A stretch of DNA of 64,000 nt from Bdellovibrionota bacterium FG-1. GTDB taxonomy: Bacteria > Bdellovibrionota > UBA1018. Below the pieces are notes generated by a model. That model ran no database searches and was not told the DNA's origin. It was given only the letters and a program-made list of their open reading frames with translations. A program made the position numbers and the translations under genes. Shown here one piece after another: positions 10,175 through 19,939 of the stretch; position 1 is the first letter of the stretch, and each line of letters starts with the position of its first letter. The stretch is taken from NCBI GenBank assembly GCA_051382295.1, contig JBBCAW010000052.1, positions 2,512-66,511 on the forward strand, given 5' to 3'.

Positions 10175-11884
10175 TCAGAGTCTCCTCGCCTGAATTTCTT
10201 CCTCGGACAATGCGCCTTTTTCGCCCACTTGGCCATCGCCTAATGCGGCGGCTTCCCTCGCATTTTGGGCCTCAAGCAAAGCATGAGCCTGATCCAGTTC
10301 CTGCTGGGTTGCATTGGCATCACGTCCGAGTAACTTGAGCAAACCTTCTTGCGCTTTTTTCTTGCGCGATTCGGGGGCCTTACTAATGCGACAGAGCCCT
10401 TCGACTAAAATCGGACCGAACTGCTCGATGTGACGAATTTTCTCTTCAAGCTCGTTGGCCTTATCTTCACGTCGAATATGCTTAGCAAGTTTTTGCCCCG
10501 CTTGAATCAGAGCTAAGCGGAGTTCCTCAACCAGCTCATCGGACGCATCGACCGTTTCTTTGGAGGCATTTTTGAACTTAATAAACGGCGAAACAATCGA
10601 AACCGCGATAATATAGGGGCCCTGCGGTAAACCGCCTTTGGGCTGAGCCAAACCATAAGTGCGCCAGTTAACCGACTCAATCGCGTGAACAATCGCACAT
10701 GCCGATTTATCAAATTGGAGCGGAACTCGATTAGCAAAACGTAAAACCTGAACCGCCGAATCAGCTTCGGCTTGCCGTTCCTCCAGCCGCGCCACCGCAA
10801 CTTCGACTTGCACCGGTTTAAAATCGCAAATGGCAGGCTTTCGCGACACAACCGCAAAAAAGTCGACCACCCCCAAGCGTTTAATGCTCTTAGACAGAGC
10901 CTCTTCGCCAATCGAGAGAACAGACTTCGTGGAAGGCGCCATCATCTTCATATTTTGAATGGCGATAAAAAGCGCCTTAAAGTCGGCGTCCCCACTTGAA
11001 TCGACCGATTTTTCAAGAATCGACCGTTTCAAGCCACCTTTAACCAAATCATTCAAAACGCCTTCATGGATCCGAGAAAAACCGCGTTTCAACCATTCGC
11101 CCACTTTGACACGACCAAAGAGGTGCGAATGAGCCATAAACTCACCCAACTTCATCGTATGAGGATGGGGTTCCGTCGCCTCTGGAATTTCTGGAATCGT
11201 CTGAGTCACCCGCTCAGCTGTATGCGACTCCAACTCGGGAAGCTTCCAATGCATCGTGACGTGAGGATTCACCAGGGTGCTGCCGTTGAGATAACTTAAA
11301 AGCCCGGCATCCCCATTGAGTTGAATACGACCATCAATGGAAAACTCCACCGACGTCCCATGAGGCCGATCCCAATCCAGGGTCTGACGGTTTTTGAGCA
11401 CACCCCTATTATTCTTGATATCGACTTCGACAGTGCAACTCACCGCTTTACGCATCGTCTTCGTTTTGGAAATCACGCGCGCTCCCGTGGCCGTCGTCAG
11501 CTGAGCCCAGGTAGTGGCAGCGGAAATCCCGATCCCCTGCTGACCCCGCGAACATCGCCCGCGACCAAACTTGGAACTGGCGAGATATTCGCCAAAAACC
11601 TTGGGAAGGTCTTCCTCTGAAATCCCCGGGCCGTTATCTTCCACCCGAATCATGACTTGATCCGAATTTTTCAAAGATCCAACGCCTATTTTTTCAACCG
11701 TAATCCAAATTTCCGGAAGAATGCCGTGCTCTTCGCACGCATCCAATGAGTTATCAACCGCCTCTTTGAGCGTTGTCAGAACGGCCTTAGTTTGTGAAGA
11801 GAATCCAACCTGTTGAAGGTTCTTAGAAAAATATTCCGCCGTGCTACTCGTCGTAATCTTATTGCTGCCTGCCGCTTTCGCCAT
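10175..11884 (-). CDS. top6B: DNA topoisomerase VI subunit B
   Basis: GHKL motifs KEAVDNSLDAC, DNGPGI, SRGQQGIGISAA; transducer RFANRVPL and PF-x-x-x-SKE. Confidence 0.93.
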   Translation of the reverse strand: MAKAAGSNKITTSSTAEYFSKNLQQVGFSSQTKAVLTTLKEAVDNSLDACEEHGILPEIWITVEKIGVGSLKNSDQVMIRVEDNGPGISEEDLPKVFGEYLASSKFGRGRCSRGQQGIGISAATTWAQLTTATGARVISKTKTMRKAVSCTVEVDIKNNRGVLKNRQTLDWDRPHGTSVEFSIDGRIQLNGDAGLLSYLNGSTLVNPHVTMHWKLPELESHTAERVTQTIPEIPEATEPHPHTMKLGEFMAHSHLFGRVKVGEWLKRGFSRIHEGVLNDLVKGGLKRSILEKSVDSSGDADFKALFIAIQNMKMMAPSTKSVLSIGEEALSKSIKRLGVVDFFAVVSRKPAICDFKPVQVEVAVARLEERQAEADSAVQVLRFANRVPLQFDKSACAIVHAIESVNWRTYGLAQPKGGLPQGPYIIAVSIVSPFIKFKNASKETVDASDELVEELRLALIQAGQKLAKHIRREDKANELEEKIRHIEQFGPILVEGLCRISKAPESRKKKAQEGLLKLLGRDANATQQELDQAHALLEAQNAREAAALGDGQVGEKGALSEEEIQARRL

Positions 11885-11929
11885 GGCGACGATTCAATCA
11901 AACCTGAGTCGCTCATGTCAATTACCGAA

Positions 11930-12991
11930 TCAAAGAACTGGCCGTTCGGCTTTGGGGGGATGATCCGCCTTGACTAATATCTGAACCGTAGCGACAAAAA
12001 CGGACGCAATGATGGGACCCAGAAAAACCCCAGAAAAACCCAGAGTCTGAAGCCCTCCAAAAGCCGCAACAAACGCCATCAAGGGATGCAAGTTAGCCGA
12101 GCCCTTGAGAAAGAGCGGACGGATCAAATTATCCAAAACCGAAATCAAGACGGCCGCACAGAGAAGAACCACGCCTACCGTATTACGATCAATAAAAAAC
12201 TGATAAAATGCCACACCGAAAGTGATGGGAGCGGCTCCGATCACCGGCACAAAAGACGCCAAAAACACCAATAAAGCAATCAACATCGTATTGGGCACGC
12301 CAGTCGGCAAACAAAACAAAAACTCCACCGACGCCTGAACCACCCCAGAAACCACGGACGCCAAAATCACCGAACGACACGTCCCGGCGAGCGCCACCAT
12401 CAACTGATCGGTTTGCTGCGCGGTAAATACCGAGTTGCGCCGAAAAAAATGCACCAATTTTCGCCCATCTACCAAGAAAAAATACACGCTCACCACGATC
12501 ACACCCAAACCTACCGCAATCCCTGGCAGGCGGGTAACCACCCCTCCTAACAGCTCCGCTAACTTGGCGGCCCCGGCCCGAACCAAATCCTGAAGAGTCT
12601 CCGTCAGAATTCCCAAATCCACCGGAATCCAATGAGTAATCCGAATTAAAAAATGATGAACCCCAGGAATGGAAGCCAAGGCATCCGCCCAACCCACACC
12701 CGCTTCCAAGGGATGTGCCGTCTGAGCGCCTCGAAGCGCCTCGATCTGTTGAAATGCTTCGCGAACCCCCACGATCAACAGAATCGAAGACGGAAGCATA
12801 ACAAAGAACGTAATCACGAGTGTCAAAAGTGCCGACGAAGCCTTGGGCGAGTATTTACGCTTTTCGAGCACATCCAACCCAGGATTAAACAAAGTAGCGA
12901 TCACCGCCCCCATTGCCACGGGAAAAATGAGCGGCGAGGCCACGTAGAAAAACATCACAGCCACAATGGAAGCAAAAATCTTTCGGCCCAT
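11930..12991 (-). CDS. AI-2E family transporter
   Basis: Multiple TM helices; FFLVDG, DNLIRP, LHPL and GVFLGP motifs. Confidence 0.88.
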   Translation of the reverse strand: MGRKIFASIVAVMFFYVASPLIFPVAMGAVIATLFNPGLDVLEKRKYSPKASSALLTLVITFFVMLPSSILLIVGVREAFQQIEALRGAQTAHPLEAGVGWADALASIPGVHHFLIRITHWIPVDLGILTETLQDLVRAGAAKLAELLGGVVTRLPGIAVGLGVIVVSVYFFLVDGRKLVHFFRRNSVFTAQQTDQLMVALAGTCRSVILASVVSGVVQASVEFLFCLPTGVPNTMLIALLVFLASFVPVIGAAPITFGVAFYQFFIDRNTVGVVLLCAAVLISVLDNLIRPLFLKGSANLHPLMAFVAAFGGLQTLGFSGVFLGPIIASVFVATVQILVKADHPPKAERPVL

Positions 12992-13133
12992 GAAAGGAAT
13001 CTTACGACTGACGGCAGAGCTGGTCCAGCTAGACTTGAACTGAAGAGTTTTTAATTACGAATCTCATCACGCAGTGCGTCAATATTCTCTTTGCAATCTT
13101 CACGTTCGAGGTTTTTCCTGCCATGCTAGGAGC

Positions 13134-14129
13134 ATGCAACTTCTGATGCTGTCAGGGCTCATCTTGATTTCGTTGATCATCATGGCTGTCATTTTTGGGT
13201 TTTGGATGCGCAACGAGTTAGCTGAACGACTCAGTCAGAACCGTCAAGATCTTCACGACGGCCTCCAACGTACCACCGCCACGCTGGAAACAAAGCTTCA
13301 TTCACTTGAAATCCAGGTCGAAACCCGCCTTCAGGAAAATATAAAGGCGGGCTACATCCATTTTGAGAAGGTCCAAACGCATTTGATGACAGCCGAACTC
13401 AGACTCGCCTCGCTCCAATCCGTCGGGCAGTCGATTACGGATCTCAACCAGCTCCTGAAACTCCCTCACTTACGCGGTGGCTTTGGCGAAGCCACGCTGG
13501 AACGCCTCTTGGCCGACTATATGCCACGAGGTTCCTATGAAATGCAGTACGCCATCACACCTGACTCGACCGAACGTGTCGACGCCATCGTGCGCTTTGC
13601 CCGTTTGATTCTTCCCATCGATAGCAAATTCCCTCGCGAACAGGTCCTTCCTCTTTTTGAGTCCGACGACCCTGCGCAGCTCCGAAAGGCGCGCGCCACC
13701 CTCTCCGAGGTGATTCGGGCGCAGGCCCGCTCGATTGCCACCAAATATATTCGTCCCGAACACGGAACGACCGACATGGCACTCTTGTTTTTACCGAGTG
13801 AAACTCTTTATTTTGAAGTCATCCGCGATGGCGCCCTTTTTGAAGCGCTCGCTAAGCTTAAAGTTTTTCCGGTTTCTCCGAATACCTTGGCGATTTCATT
13901 GCATTCAGTTTCTATGGCACAGGAGTATTATGAAATGTCCCGTGGCGTAGAGAAAACCATTGAGGAAGTCCGCAAAGCTCGACGCCACTTTGAACACTTT
14001 GAACGCAAATTTGAGGAAGTAGGCACCGGACTTCGCAAAGCACAAGAGGCCTTTGAAACCGCAAACACGCATTTGGGACATTACGAAAACTCAGTTTTTC
14101 GCCTCATGGGAGAACCATCCGAAGAATGA
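13134..14129 (+). CDS. rmuC: DNA recombination protein RmuC
   Basis: RGGFGEATLE, IDSKFP, KYI-x-P and LFLPSE motifs; N-terminal TM plus coiled coil; AGGAG RBS before ATG 13134. Confidence 0.9.
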   Translation: MQLLMLSGLILISLIIMAVIFGFWMRNELAERLSQNRQDLHDGLQRTTATLETKLHSLEIQVETRLQENIKAGYIHFEKVQTHLMTAELRLASLQSVGQSITDLNQLLKLPHLRGGFGEATLERLLADYMPRGSYEMQYAITPDSTERVDAIVRFARLILPIDSKFPREQVLPLFESDDPAQLRKARATLSEVIRAQARSIATKYIRPEHGTTDMALLFLPSETLYFEVIRDGALFEALAKLKVFPVSPNTLAISLHSVSMAQEYYEMSRGVEKTIEEVRKARRHFEHFERKFEEVGTGLRKAQEAFETANTHLGHYENSVFRLMGEPSEE

Positions 14130-14962
14130 TGCAGCCTATCGCGCCCCACCTTTACTCTGCCCGAACTCGAATAAGTAACGTTTGGCTACTAAAAGATAAC
14201 GCGGGCAATCGATTTTTAGTGGATACCGGGCACGCGATCGAGCGTCTTTTTTTGCTAGGCCAACTGTGGACCCACGGCGTTCGGGCACACGGCGATCTTA
14301 CGGCAATTTTACTCACCCACCGGCACAGCGACCATGCCGGTAACGCGGCATTTTTGCGCAAACAATTTGGCGCGCGCGTCATTTGCCATGAAAACGACGC
14401 CAGCGCGCTAACTGGGCGAGTCACCCCGCCGCCCTTGGCGCGCACCGAGCACGTCGCGCGCGAACAGGGCAAACAACGCTTCTACGAACGCTGGCTTTGC
14501 GCTTATGAAGATCGCGCTCCCGCGTTTACCCAAATTGATGACACGTATCAGGAAGGTCCATGGCGATGGGGCTTTCATGTCATTCCGGTCCCCGGACACA
14601 CCGAGGGATCCGTCATGCTTTATCACGAACCCTCTCAAACTTTATTGAGTGGCGACGCGATCCTTGTCGGCTCACCATTTTCGCGGCATTCCCGAGAGCT
14701 GCGGCTTGCCGAGCCTGCGTTCAGCCAGGATGCGAACAGTTGTCATCTCGCCGTCCAAAGATATCTTCGCAACCTTCCCCCCACTGAAATTCTGTGCTCA
14801 GGTCACGGCCCCGCCCTAGACGAAAACACGCATCATGCTCTGCTGAAGCTCAAAAAAATTAAAACGGAATCTGAAGCTGCGCCTCTATTGGGGGCAAAAG
14901 CGACACGTCTTTATTCTGCGCTCTTTCGAAAAGCCAAAACAACTAAGTGGCCAGCAATTTAG
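14126..14962 (+). CDS. Metallo-beta-lactamase-fold hydrolase
   Basis: LVDTG, THRHSDHAG, PGHT, SGDA and SGHG motifs. Confidence 0.88.
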   Translation: MMQPIAPHLYSARTRISNVWLLKDNAGNRFLVDTGHAIERLFLLGQLWTHGVRAHGDLTAILLTHRHSDHAGNAAFLRKQFGARVICHENDASALTGRVTPPPLARTEHVAREQGKQRFYERWLCAYEDRAPAFTQIDDTYQEGPWRWGFHVIPVPGHTEGSVMLYHEPSQTLLSGDAILVGSPFSRHSRELRLAEPAFSQDANSCHLAVQRYLRNLPPTEILCSGHGPALDENTHHALLKLKKIKTESEAAPLLGAKATRLYSALFRKAKTTKWPAI

Positions 14963-15740
14963 AGAAAAAGATATTTCGGATTTTGCCCTTGGGAAGCCAG
15001 GTATTGAGCTGATCCAAGAGCCGTCCTTTAAGACGCTGTTTGCCCTCACGAGTCAGTAACTCATCCCTTTCGATCATCAGAAAAACATCAGTGAGCTGAT
15101 TCCTTATTTGGGGCACCCGCTGTTCCAAATAGACGTAGGTCGTATTAGAGTCACACTCCAATACGATCCCCACATCGGCTAAGTTCGCCTGAAGGGTTTT
15201 GACCCTTCGTCCCTGAAGCGGCTTGAGCTCGACGGTAAAATCCCCAAGAGGCAACATCGTCAGCAGGGGTTTATCGTTATCCCCACTATTTCCAACGCCT
15301 CCATGCGCGTCCTTTCGTCCTTTTCCTTCAGCTTTGCCATGAGTCGTTTTCTTGGGTTTTTCCAAAACCTCGACCTGCGCCACTCTGTCCTGGGAATTGT
15401 TAGCCTGCGAAAGCCAGCCCCGATGAACCGTCAAAATACTGACAACCACCAACCCGCCCAGGCTTGCAAGAAAGAGGTAAGACATTTTTCGGGTCGGTCG
15501 ATCAGCCGATCGGATACCCCTAAAGACCTCTTTGGTTTGAGCGACAAAGAGGGTCAGCCCAGCTTGAATCCGGTCTCCGAGTGGCGCTTTTTTGATCTTC
15601 TTTTTCTTCTTTTGCGCTACTTTTCCAGCCGATTTTGCGGATTTAGCCGTTTTAGACCTGGGCTTCTCAGCAGCATTTTGAGGCGTTGAAGTGTCCGACA
15701 TGCTTATCATTAGAGTACCGTTGTGCGGGTCGGCACTCAA
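14943..15740 (-). CDS. FliL-family protein with long N-terminal extension
   Basis: TM helix, then C-terminal PQIRN...[12 protein letters not shown]...IRNIFF FliL-like domain. Confidence 0.72.
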   Translation of the reverse strand: MSADPHNGTLMISMSDTSTPQNAAEKPRSKTAKSAKSAGKVAQKKKKKIKKAPLGDRIQAGLTLFVAQTKEVFRGIRSADRPTRKMSYLFLASLGGLVVVSILTVHRGWLSQANNSQDRVAQVEVLEKPKKTTHGKAEGKGRKDAHGGVGNSGDNDKPLLTMLPLGDFTVELKPLQGRRVKTLQANLADVGIVLECDSNTTYVYLEQRVPQIRNQLTDVFLMIERDELLTREGKQRLKGRLLDQLNTWLPKGKIRNIFFSKLLAT

Positions 15741-15749
15741 GTTTAAGCT

Positions 15750-15776
15750 TAACTTTTTTATCAGACCTACCGAACG
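15750..15776 (+). promoter_or_regulatory. Putative sigma-28 promoter of the MCP gene
   Basis: TAAC-N15-ACCGAACG upstream of a chemoreceptor gene. Confidence 0.4.
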
Positions 15777-15808
15777 AACTCAGAGACCAGCCTCTCAGGA
15801 GAAAACCC

Positions 15809-17467
15809 ATGCTTCAAACCATTCTGACCAGAATCAACCAGTTGAGTATCAAGGCAAAGTTATTATTGATCTGCTCCTTCCTTTCCACTTTTGTGGTGGG
15901 AACGGGCTTAATCGCCTTTAGCTCCAGTTATCAGGTCCTCATCAAGTATGACCGCGTGGCCATGGTTAATATCCCCAGCAGCAAAAACCTAGCCGAAATG
16001 CGGATTGCCTTTAGGTCGCTTCAAGCCCACCTCGGCCAATTGAGATCGCTCGGTGCAACCCCCAAGTGGGTCGAAGACGCCAGCAAAGGAATCCACGAAT
16101 CCATTACCAAATACGAACAGGCTGCAAAACCTTTCCGCGAAATTGAGTTTCACCCCCAACAAAAAGAACTTTATCAAAGCGTCGACGCTGAATGGAACCA
16201 GTACAAAGATCTTGCGTTAAGGATCGTTGATTTGGCGAAGTCCAAAAGCCATGAGGATGAAGTCAAACTCACCACCCTCTATTTTAGCGATAGTCCCGAA
16301 TCAGAGGGTCGTTTTACCCAAGCCATGAACCGCCTGATCACCCTGGAGGAGCAAGATTCACAGGCCTGGATTCAAAAAGCAAAAGACGCCGTTAAATTAG
16401 GCATCCTCCTTTTGAGCTTGGGCGTGATTTCTGGATTTTTCATCGCAATGACCAGTGGTTATTTTATGTCCTCCTCGATTACTCGGGCCATTCAGATCAC
16501 CGTTGAGCAACTTTCCTCCAGTGCCACCCAAGTCGCCGGCACCTCAACCCGCATTTCGTCATCCAGCGAGCAGCTTTCTTCTCGCGCCAATGAACAAGCT
16601 GCCGCACTCCAGCGAACCGCATCGTCTGTCGAAGAAATGAACGCCATGGTCAAAAAGACGGCTGAAAACTCGGCTCGTTCCCGAACGGTGGCCAGCGACA
16701 GTGAAAATACGGCCCATGAAGGCAAAAAAGTCGTTGATGAAATGATCATCGCCATCAATGAAATCAACCAGTCCAATGCGGAGATCATGGGCCAGATTGA
16801 AGCCAGTAATAACGAAATTTCGGGAATTATTCGAGTGATCGGCGAAATCGCGACCAAAACCAAAGTGATTCATGACATCGTTTTTCAAACTAAACTTCTC
16901 TCTTTTAATGCCTCGGTCGAAGCGGCCCGTGCAGGAGAACATGGCAAAGGATTTGCGGTCGTCGCCGAAGAAGTGGGCAATCTCGCGCAGGTCAGTGGAA
17001 ATGCCGCCCGAGAAATCGAGGAAATGCTCACCAACAGCATTAAAAAGGTCGAAGGCATTGTTGCCAACACCAAAACCAAGGTTGAAAGTCTCGTAGCCGT
17101 CGGTAAAACTAAGGTCAATACTGGCACAGCCATCGCCAACCGCTGTGGCGAGGTCCTCACCAAGCTCGTCGACGATGTTTCGGATGTGAACCGAATGGTT
17201 GGCGAAATTTCGGTGGCCTCGGATGAGCAATCCAAAGGCATCCAAGAAATCACTCAGGTCATGCACCAGCTCGATGAAGTCACGCGCCATAATGCCACGG
17301 CTTCACAGGAAGCCGCCAAATTCTCGGAAAATCTCGCCCATCAGGCCGATATCTTGGAAGGCTCCGTCAATCAACTTCGACGCACTCTCGATGGCGGGAC
17401 GGCTGGCGAATCGCAGACCCAAAATGTCGACGAAACGCCGAGTTCGGATATGGCAAGAGCGGCTTGA
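15809..17467 (+). CDS. Methyl-accepting chemotaxis protein with 4HB sensor
   Basis: [30 protein letters not shown] signalling hairpin; two TMs; AGGAG RBS before ATG 15809. Confidence 0.93.
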   Translation: MLQTILTRINQLSIKAKLLLICSFLSTFVVGTGLIAFSSSYQVLIKYDRVAMVNIPSSKNLAEMRIAFRSLQAHLGQLRSLGATPKWVEDASKGIHESITKYEQAAKPFREIEFHPQQKELYQSVDAEWNQYKDLALRIVDLAKSKSHEDEVKLTTLYFSDSPESEGRFTQAMNRLITLEEQDSQAWIQKAKDAVKLGILLLSLGVISGFFIAMTSGYFMSSSITRAIQITVEQLSSSATQVAGTSTRISSSSEQLSSRANEQAAALQRTASSVEEMNAMVKKTAENSARSRTVASDSENTAHEGKKVVDEMIIAINEINQSNAEIMGQIEASNNEISGIIRVIGEIATKTKVIHDIVFQTKLLSFNASVEAARAGEHGKGFAVVAEEVGNLAQVSGNAAREIEEMLTNSIKKVEGIVANTKTKVESLVAVGKTKVNTGTAIANRCGEVLTKLVDDVSDVNRMVGEISVASDEQSKGIQEITQVMHQLDEVTRHNATASQEAAKFSENLAHQADILEGSVNQLRRTLDGGTAGESQTQNVDETPSSDMARAA

Positions 17468-17471
17468 AAAA

Positions 17472-17546
17472 TGGTGGTCCCACCAAGAATCGAACTTGGA
17501 ACTGATCTTTAGGAAAGATCCGTTATATCCATTTAACTATGGGACC
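17472..17546 (-). tRNA. tRNA-Arg(CCU)
   Basis: GGTCCCA/TGGGACC acceptor stem, GATCT-TTCCTAA-AGATC anticodon arm, TTCGATT T-loop, encoded CCA. Confidence 0.95.
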
Positions 17547-17576
17547 CCTGCCTCTGAACACAGCACCCCACCTATA

Positions 17577-18257
17577 CTACCGCCGCGCACCCGATGCAAG
17601 CATGTGATTTTTACGGGGTTTAGTCATGGCTTTCGCGACCGCGGCCTTAGCCAAGAACCGCATCGGATCCAGCGCCGCTAATCGACTACGAACCTCAAAA
17701 TGGAGATGAGGCCCACTCGAGTGCCCTGAATTGCCCGAAACCGCGATCTGTTGCCCAACATGAATGAACTGCCCGGCCTTCACCAATAATCGCGAATTAT
17801 GCGCATAAACAGTGGACACTTCCTGCTGATGTCTCAAAACCACCAGGCGCCCATAACCCCGAATTTTACTCCCCGCGTAGATCACAGTGCCGTCTTGAGC
17901 CGCGTACACCGGCGTTCCACTCGGTGCCCGCAAATCAATTCCTTCGTGAAACTCGCTCCCGCGACGCCCATAGACCGAAGTCACCTGAACCGATTTGAGC
18001 GGCCAATGAAATATCCCCGTCGAAACCTCCACCGCACCCGGGCCGGACCGCGCCAGTCCAGCAGAACGACGAACAGGAGCAGTACTGTTTTTGGGCGAGG
18101 ACGAAGCCAGCGCTCGCTGACGAGTCGGCGCCCCCATTCGATCCAAAAAACCCTTTCGCTGTGAATGCAAAGGTTGGACGGTCGAACACCCGACCAAGCC
18201 CATGAGAAATATCGCGCCTAAATAAACCCTGATCCAATGCGCGCGCACGAGTTTCAT
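17577..18257 (-). CDS. M23 family peptidase lipoprotein (NlpD-like)
   Basis: HEGID, YAH and GPHLHFE motifs; lipobox LVGC; follows surE. Confidence 0.9.
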   Translation of the reverse strand: MKLVRAHWIRVYLGAIFLMGLVGCSTVQPLHSQRKGFLDRMGAPTRQRALASSSPKNSTAPVRRSAGLARSGPGAVEVSTGIFHWPLKSVQVTSVYGRRGSEFHEGIDLRAPSGTPVYAAQDGTVIYAGSKIRGYGRLVVLRHQQEVSTVYAHNSRLLVKAGQFIHVGQQIAVSGNSGHSSGPHLHFEVRSRLAALDPMRFLAKAAVAKAMTKPRKNHMLASGARR

Positions 18258-19051
18258 CGAGTCCCTCGACGGGTAGGCCCCAGAAAATCACCTGACTTTG
18301 GATCACTTAAATTCGAAAGACAGGTCAGATCCGTCGAGTCGAGTTTCAGCGGTGTCAGTGAAGCGTACCCCTGTGCCACGGCTTGGCAATCGGTCCCATC
18401 CTCATTTTTAAAGCCCTGATACTGCCCCCCCACCCAAAAATAATCTTTGCCCCGGTGATCTTTGCGGCGCAAGACGCTACCACTATAAAATCTAAAACCT
18501 TGCTTGGTCATTTTAAGACCCTTGATCTTAGAAATCGGAACATCAGGAACGTTCAGGTTCAGCAAAGTATGCTTTGGAATTTCACGACCATTCATCGCTC
18601 GAATAATCTTCAAAGCCATGCGCGCCGCAGACGCGTAATGGAGTTCTTTTTCAGCCCGCGGCTTTGCAAAATCGATTGCCAAACTCACCCCTAAAGCAGG
18701 TATCCCTAAAATACAGGCCTCGCGCGCCGCCGATACCGTGCCCGAATAATAAACATCCTGCCCAAGATTGGCCCCCCGATTCGGCCCCGAAACCACCAGA
18801 TCTGGCATCTGACCAATCACTTGCCGGATACCCAAATAGACACAATCCGCGGGTGAGCCGCTCACGCCAAAAAAACGAGGCCCCATCTCAATGAGCCGCA
18901 GAGGCTTATGAATCGTCAGCGAATGCCCCGTCGTACTCTTTTCTTCGAGAGGTGCGACCACCCAAACATCGCCGAGCTTTTTAAGTTCCTTTTGAAGAAT
19001 CTTAAGGCCTATCGCGTGAACGCCGTCGTCATTCGAAATCAAGATGCGCAT
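18254..19051 (-). CDS. surE: 5'/3'-nucleotidase SurE
   Basis: MRILISNDDG start; GSPADCV, SGPNRGANLG and YSGTV motifs. Confidence 0.95.
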   Translation of the reverse strand: MRILISNDDGVHAIGLKILQKELKKLGDVWVVAPLEEKSTTGHSLTIHKPLRLIEMGPRFFGVSGSPADCVYLGIRQVIGQMPDLVVSGPNRGANLGQDVYYSGTVSAAREACILGIPALGVSLAIDFAKPRAEKELHYASAARMALKIIRAMNGREIPKHTLLNLNVPDVPISKIKGLKMTKQGFRFYSGSVLRRKDHRGKDYFWVGGQYQGFKNEDGTDCQAVAQGYASLTPLKLDSTDLTCLSNLSDPKSGDFLGPTRRGTR

Positions 19052-19198
19052 AGTAGAGTTTATTGTAACAGACGCGCGGCCGAGCGCATCTATTGAGAGC
19101 ACGCTCCACCACCCGACAGCGCTTTTTGTGCAAAAATCGGGCAAGTGCCCGTCACAACTCTGACAAAACTGAGACTATTTTGACGACTCAGGCACGCA

Positions 19199-19939
19199 TT
19201 AACGCAAAAGAGGATCCCGACGCGAAGCAATCAGCTCCATCGATCGGTTGCGCGCCTCACCTTCCGGAGTATTGACACTGGTATACACGCAACGCACTCC
19301 GCTTTTTTCAAGCTGCGCCATTGCCGCCACTAAAATCGAATGAGCTAAAAAAATCGCACTGAGTGACGAAAGCGGCCCCGCCGAAACATCCGAACCAATG
19401 GGTACCGCGGCATCTCCCCTCACCCCCGCAAGATCTACCGTTTCTGCACAAACTTGAAAGAGACGCTGACCCGAAGGATGACGCGAGCTCACTGCGCCAC
19501 TATGAGCCACACTGGTAAACGCAACCGTCGTCATGCCGCGACGATTGGCCTCCAGCGCCAAATCAACCACTGCGGCGTTAATCCCTGATTGAGAACAAAG
19601 CCAAAGCATCTCGCCCTCACGTGGCTCCGCGCGATTCAAGAGCGGCGTAGCTACCCCAGGCGTACGTTCCAGAAGACGAACCACCGGAGGCCCGGCCGTG
19701 GGCAAAAGATAATCAGCCACCAAAGGGAGGACAAAAGAGGGACCGCCGGCGCGGTGATAAATTTCCATCGGAAACATCGCCGAGTGCCCACTGCCAAAAA
19801 CCAATAAAGACTTGCCCTGAGGAATATCCAGCACAAGACGCCCCACCAAGCGTTCGAGAACTTCGCGGTTGTTCCCAACCAGGGCACCTAAATGAGGAAG
19901 CGCCACCGCACCAAAAGCATCTACTCCGAGCATACTCAT
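19199..19939 (-). CDS. SIS (sugar isomerase) domain protein
   Basis: FGSGHS, RAGG, SQSGIN, SRHPSG-x-RL and SVN motifs of UPF0309-like SIS proteins. Confidence 0.82.
   Translation of the reverse strand: MSMLGVDAFGAVALPHLGALVGNNREVLERLVGRLVLDIPQGKSLLVFGSGHSAMFPMEIYHRAGGPSFVLPLVADYLLPTAGPPVVRLLERTPGVATPLLNRAEPREGEMLWLCSQSGINAAVVDLALEANRRGMTTVAFTSVAHSGAVSSRHPSGQRLFQVCAETVDLAGVRGDAAVPIGSDVSAGPLSSLSAIFLAHSILVAAMAQLEKSGVRCVYTSVNTPEGEARNRSMELIASRRDPLLR

Noticed and set aside
16492-17290. Long antisense ORFs over the MCP gene
   Set aside because: Typical shadow frames of a heptad-repeat gene
17199-17681. 160-aa ORF
   Set aside because: Overlaps the MCP end, the tRNA-Arg and the M23 gene
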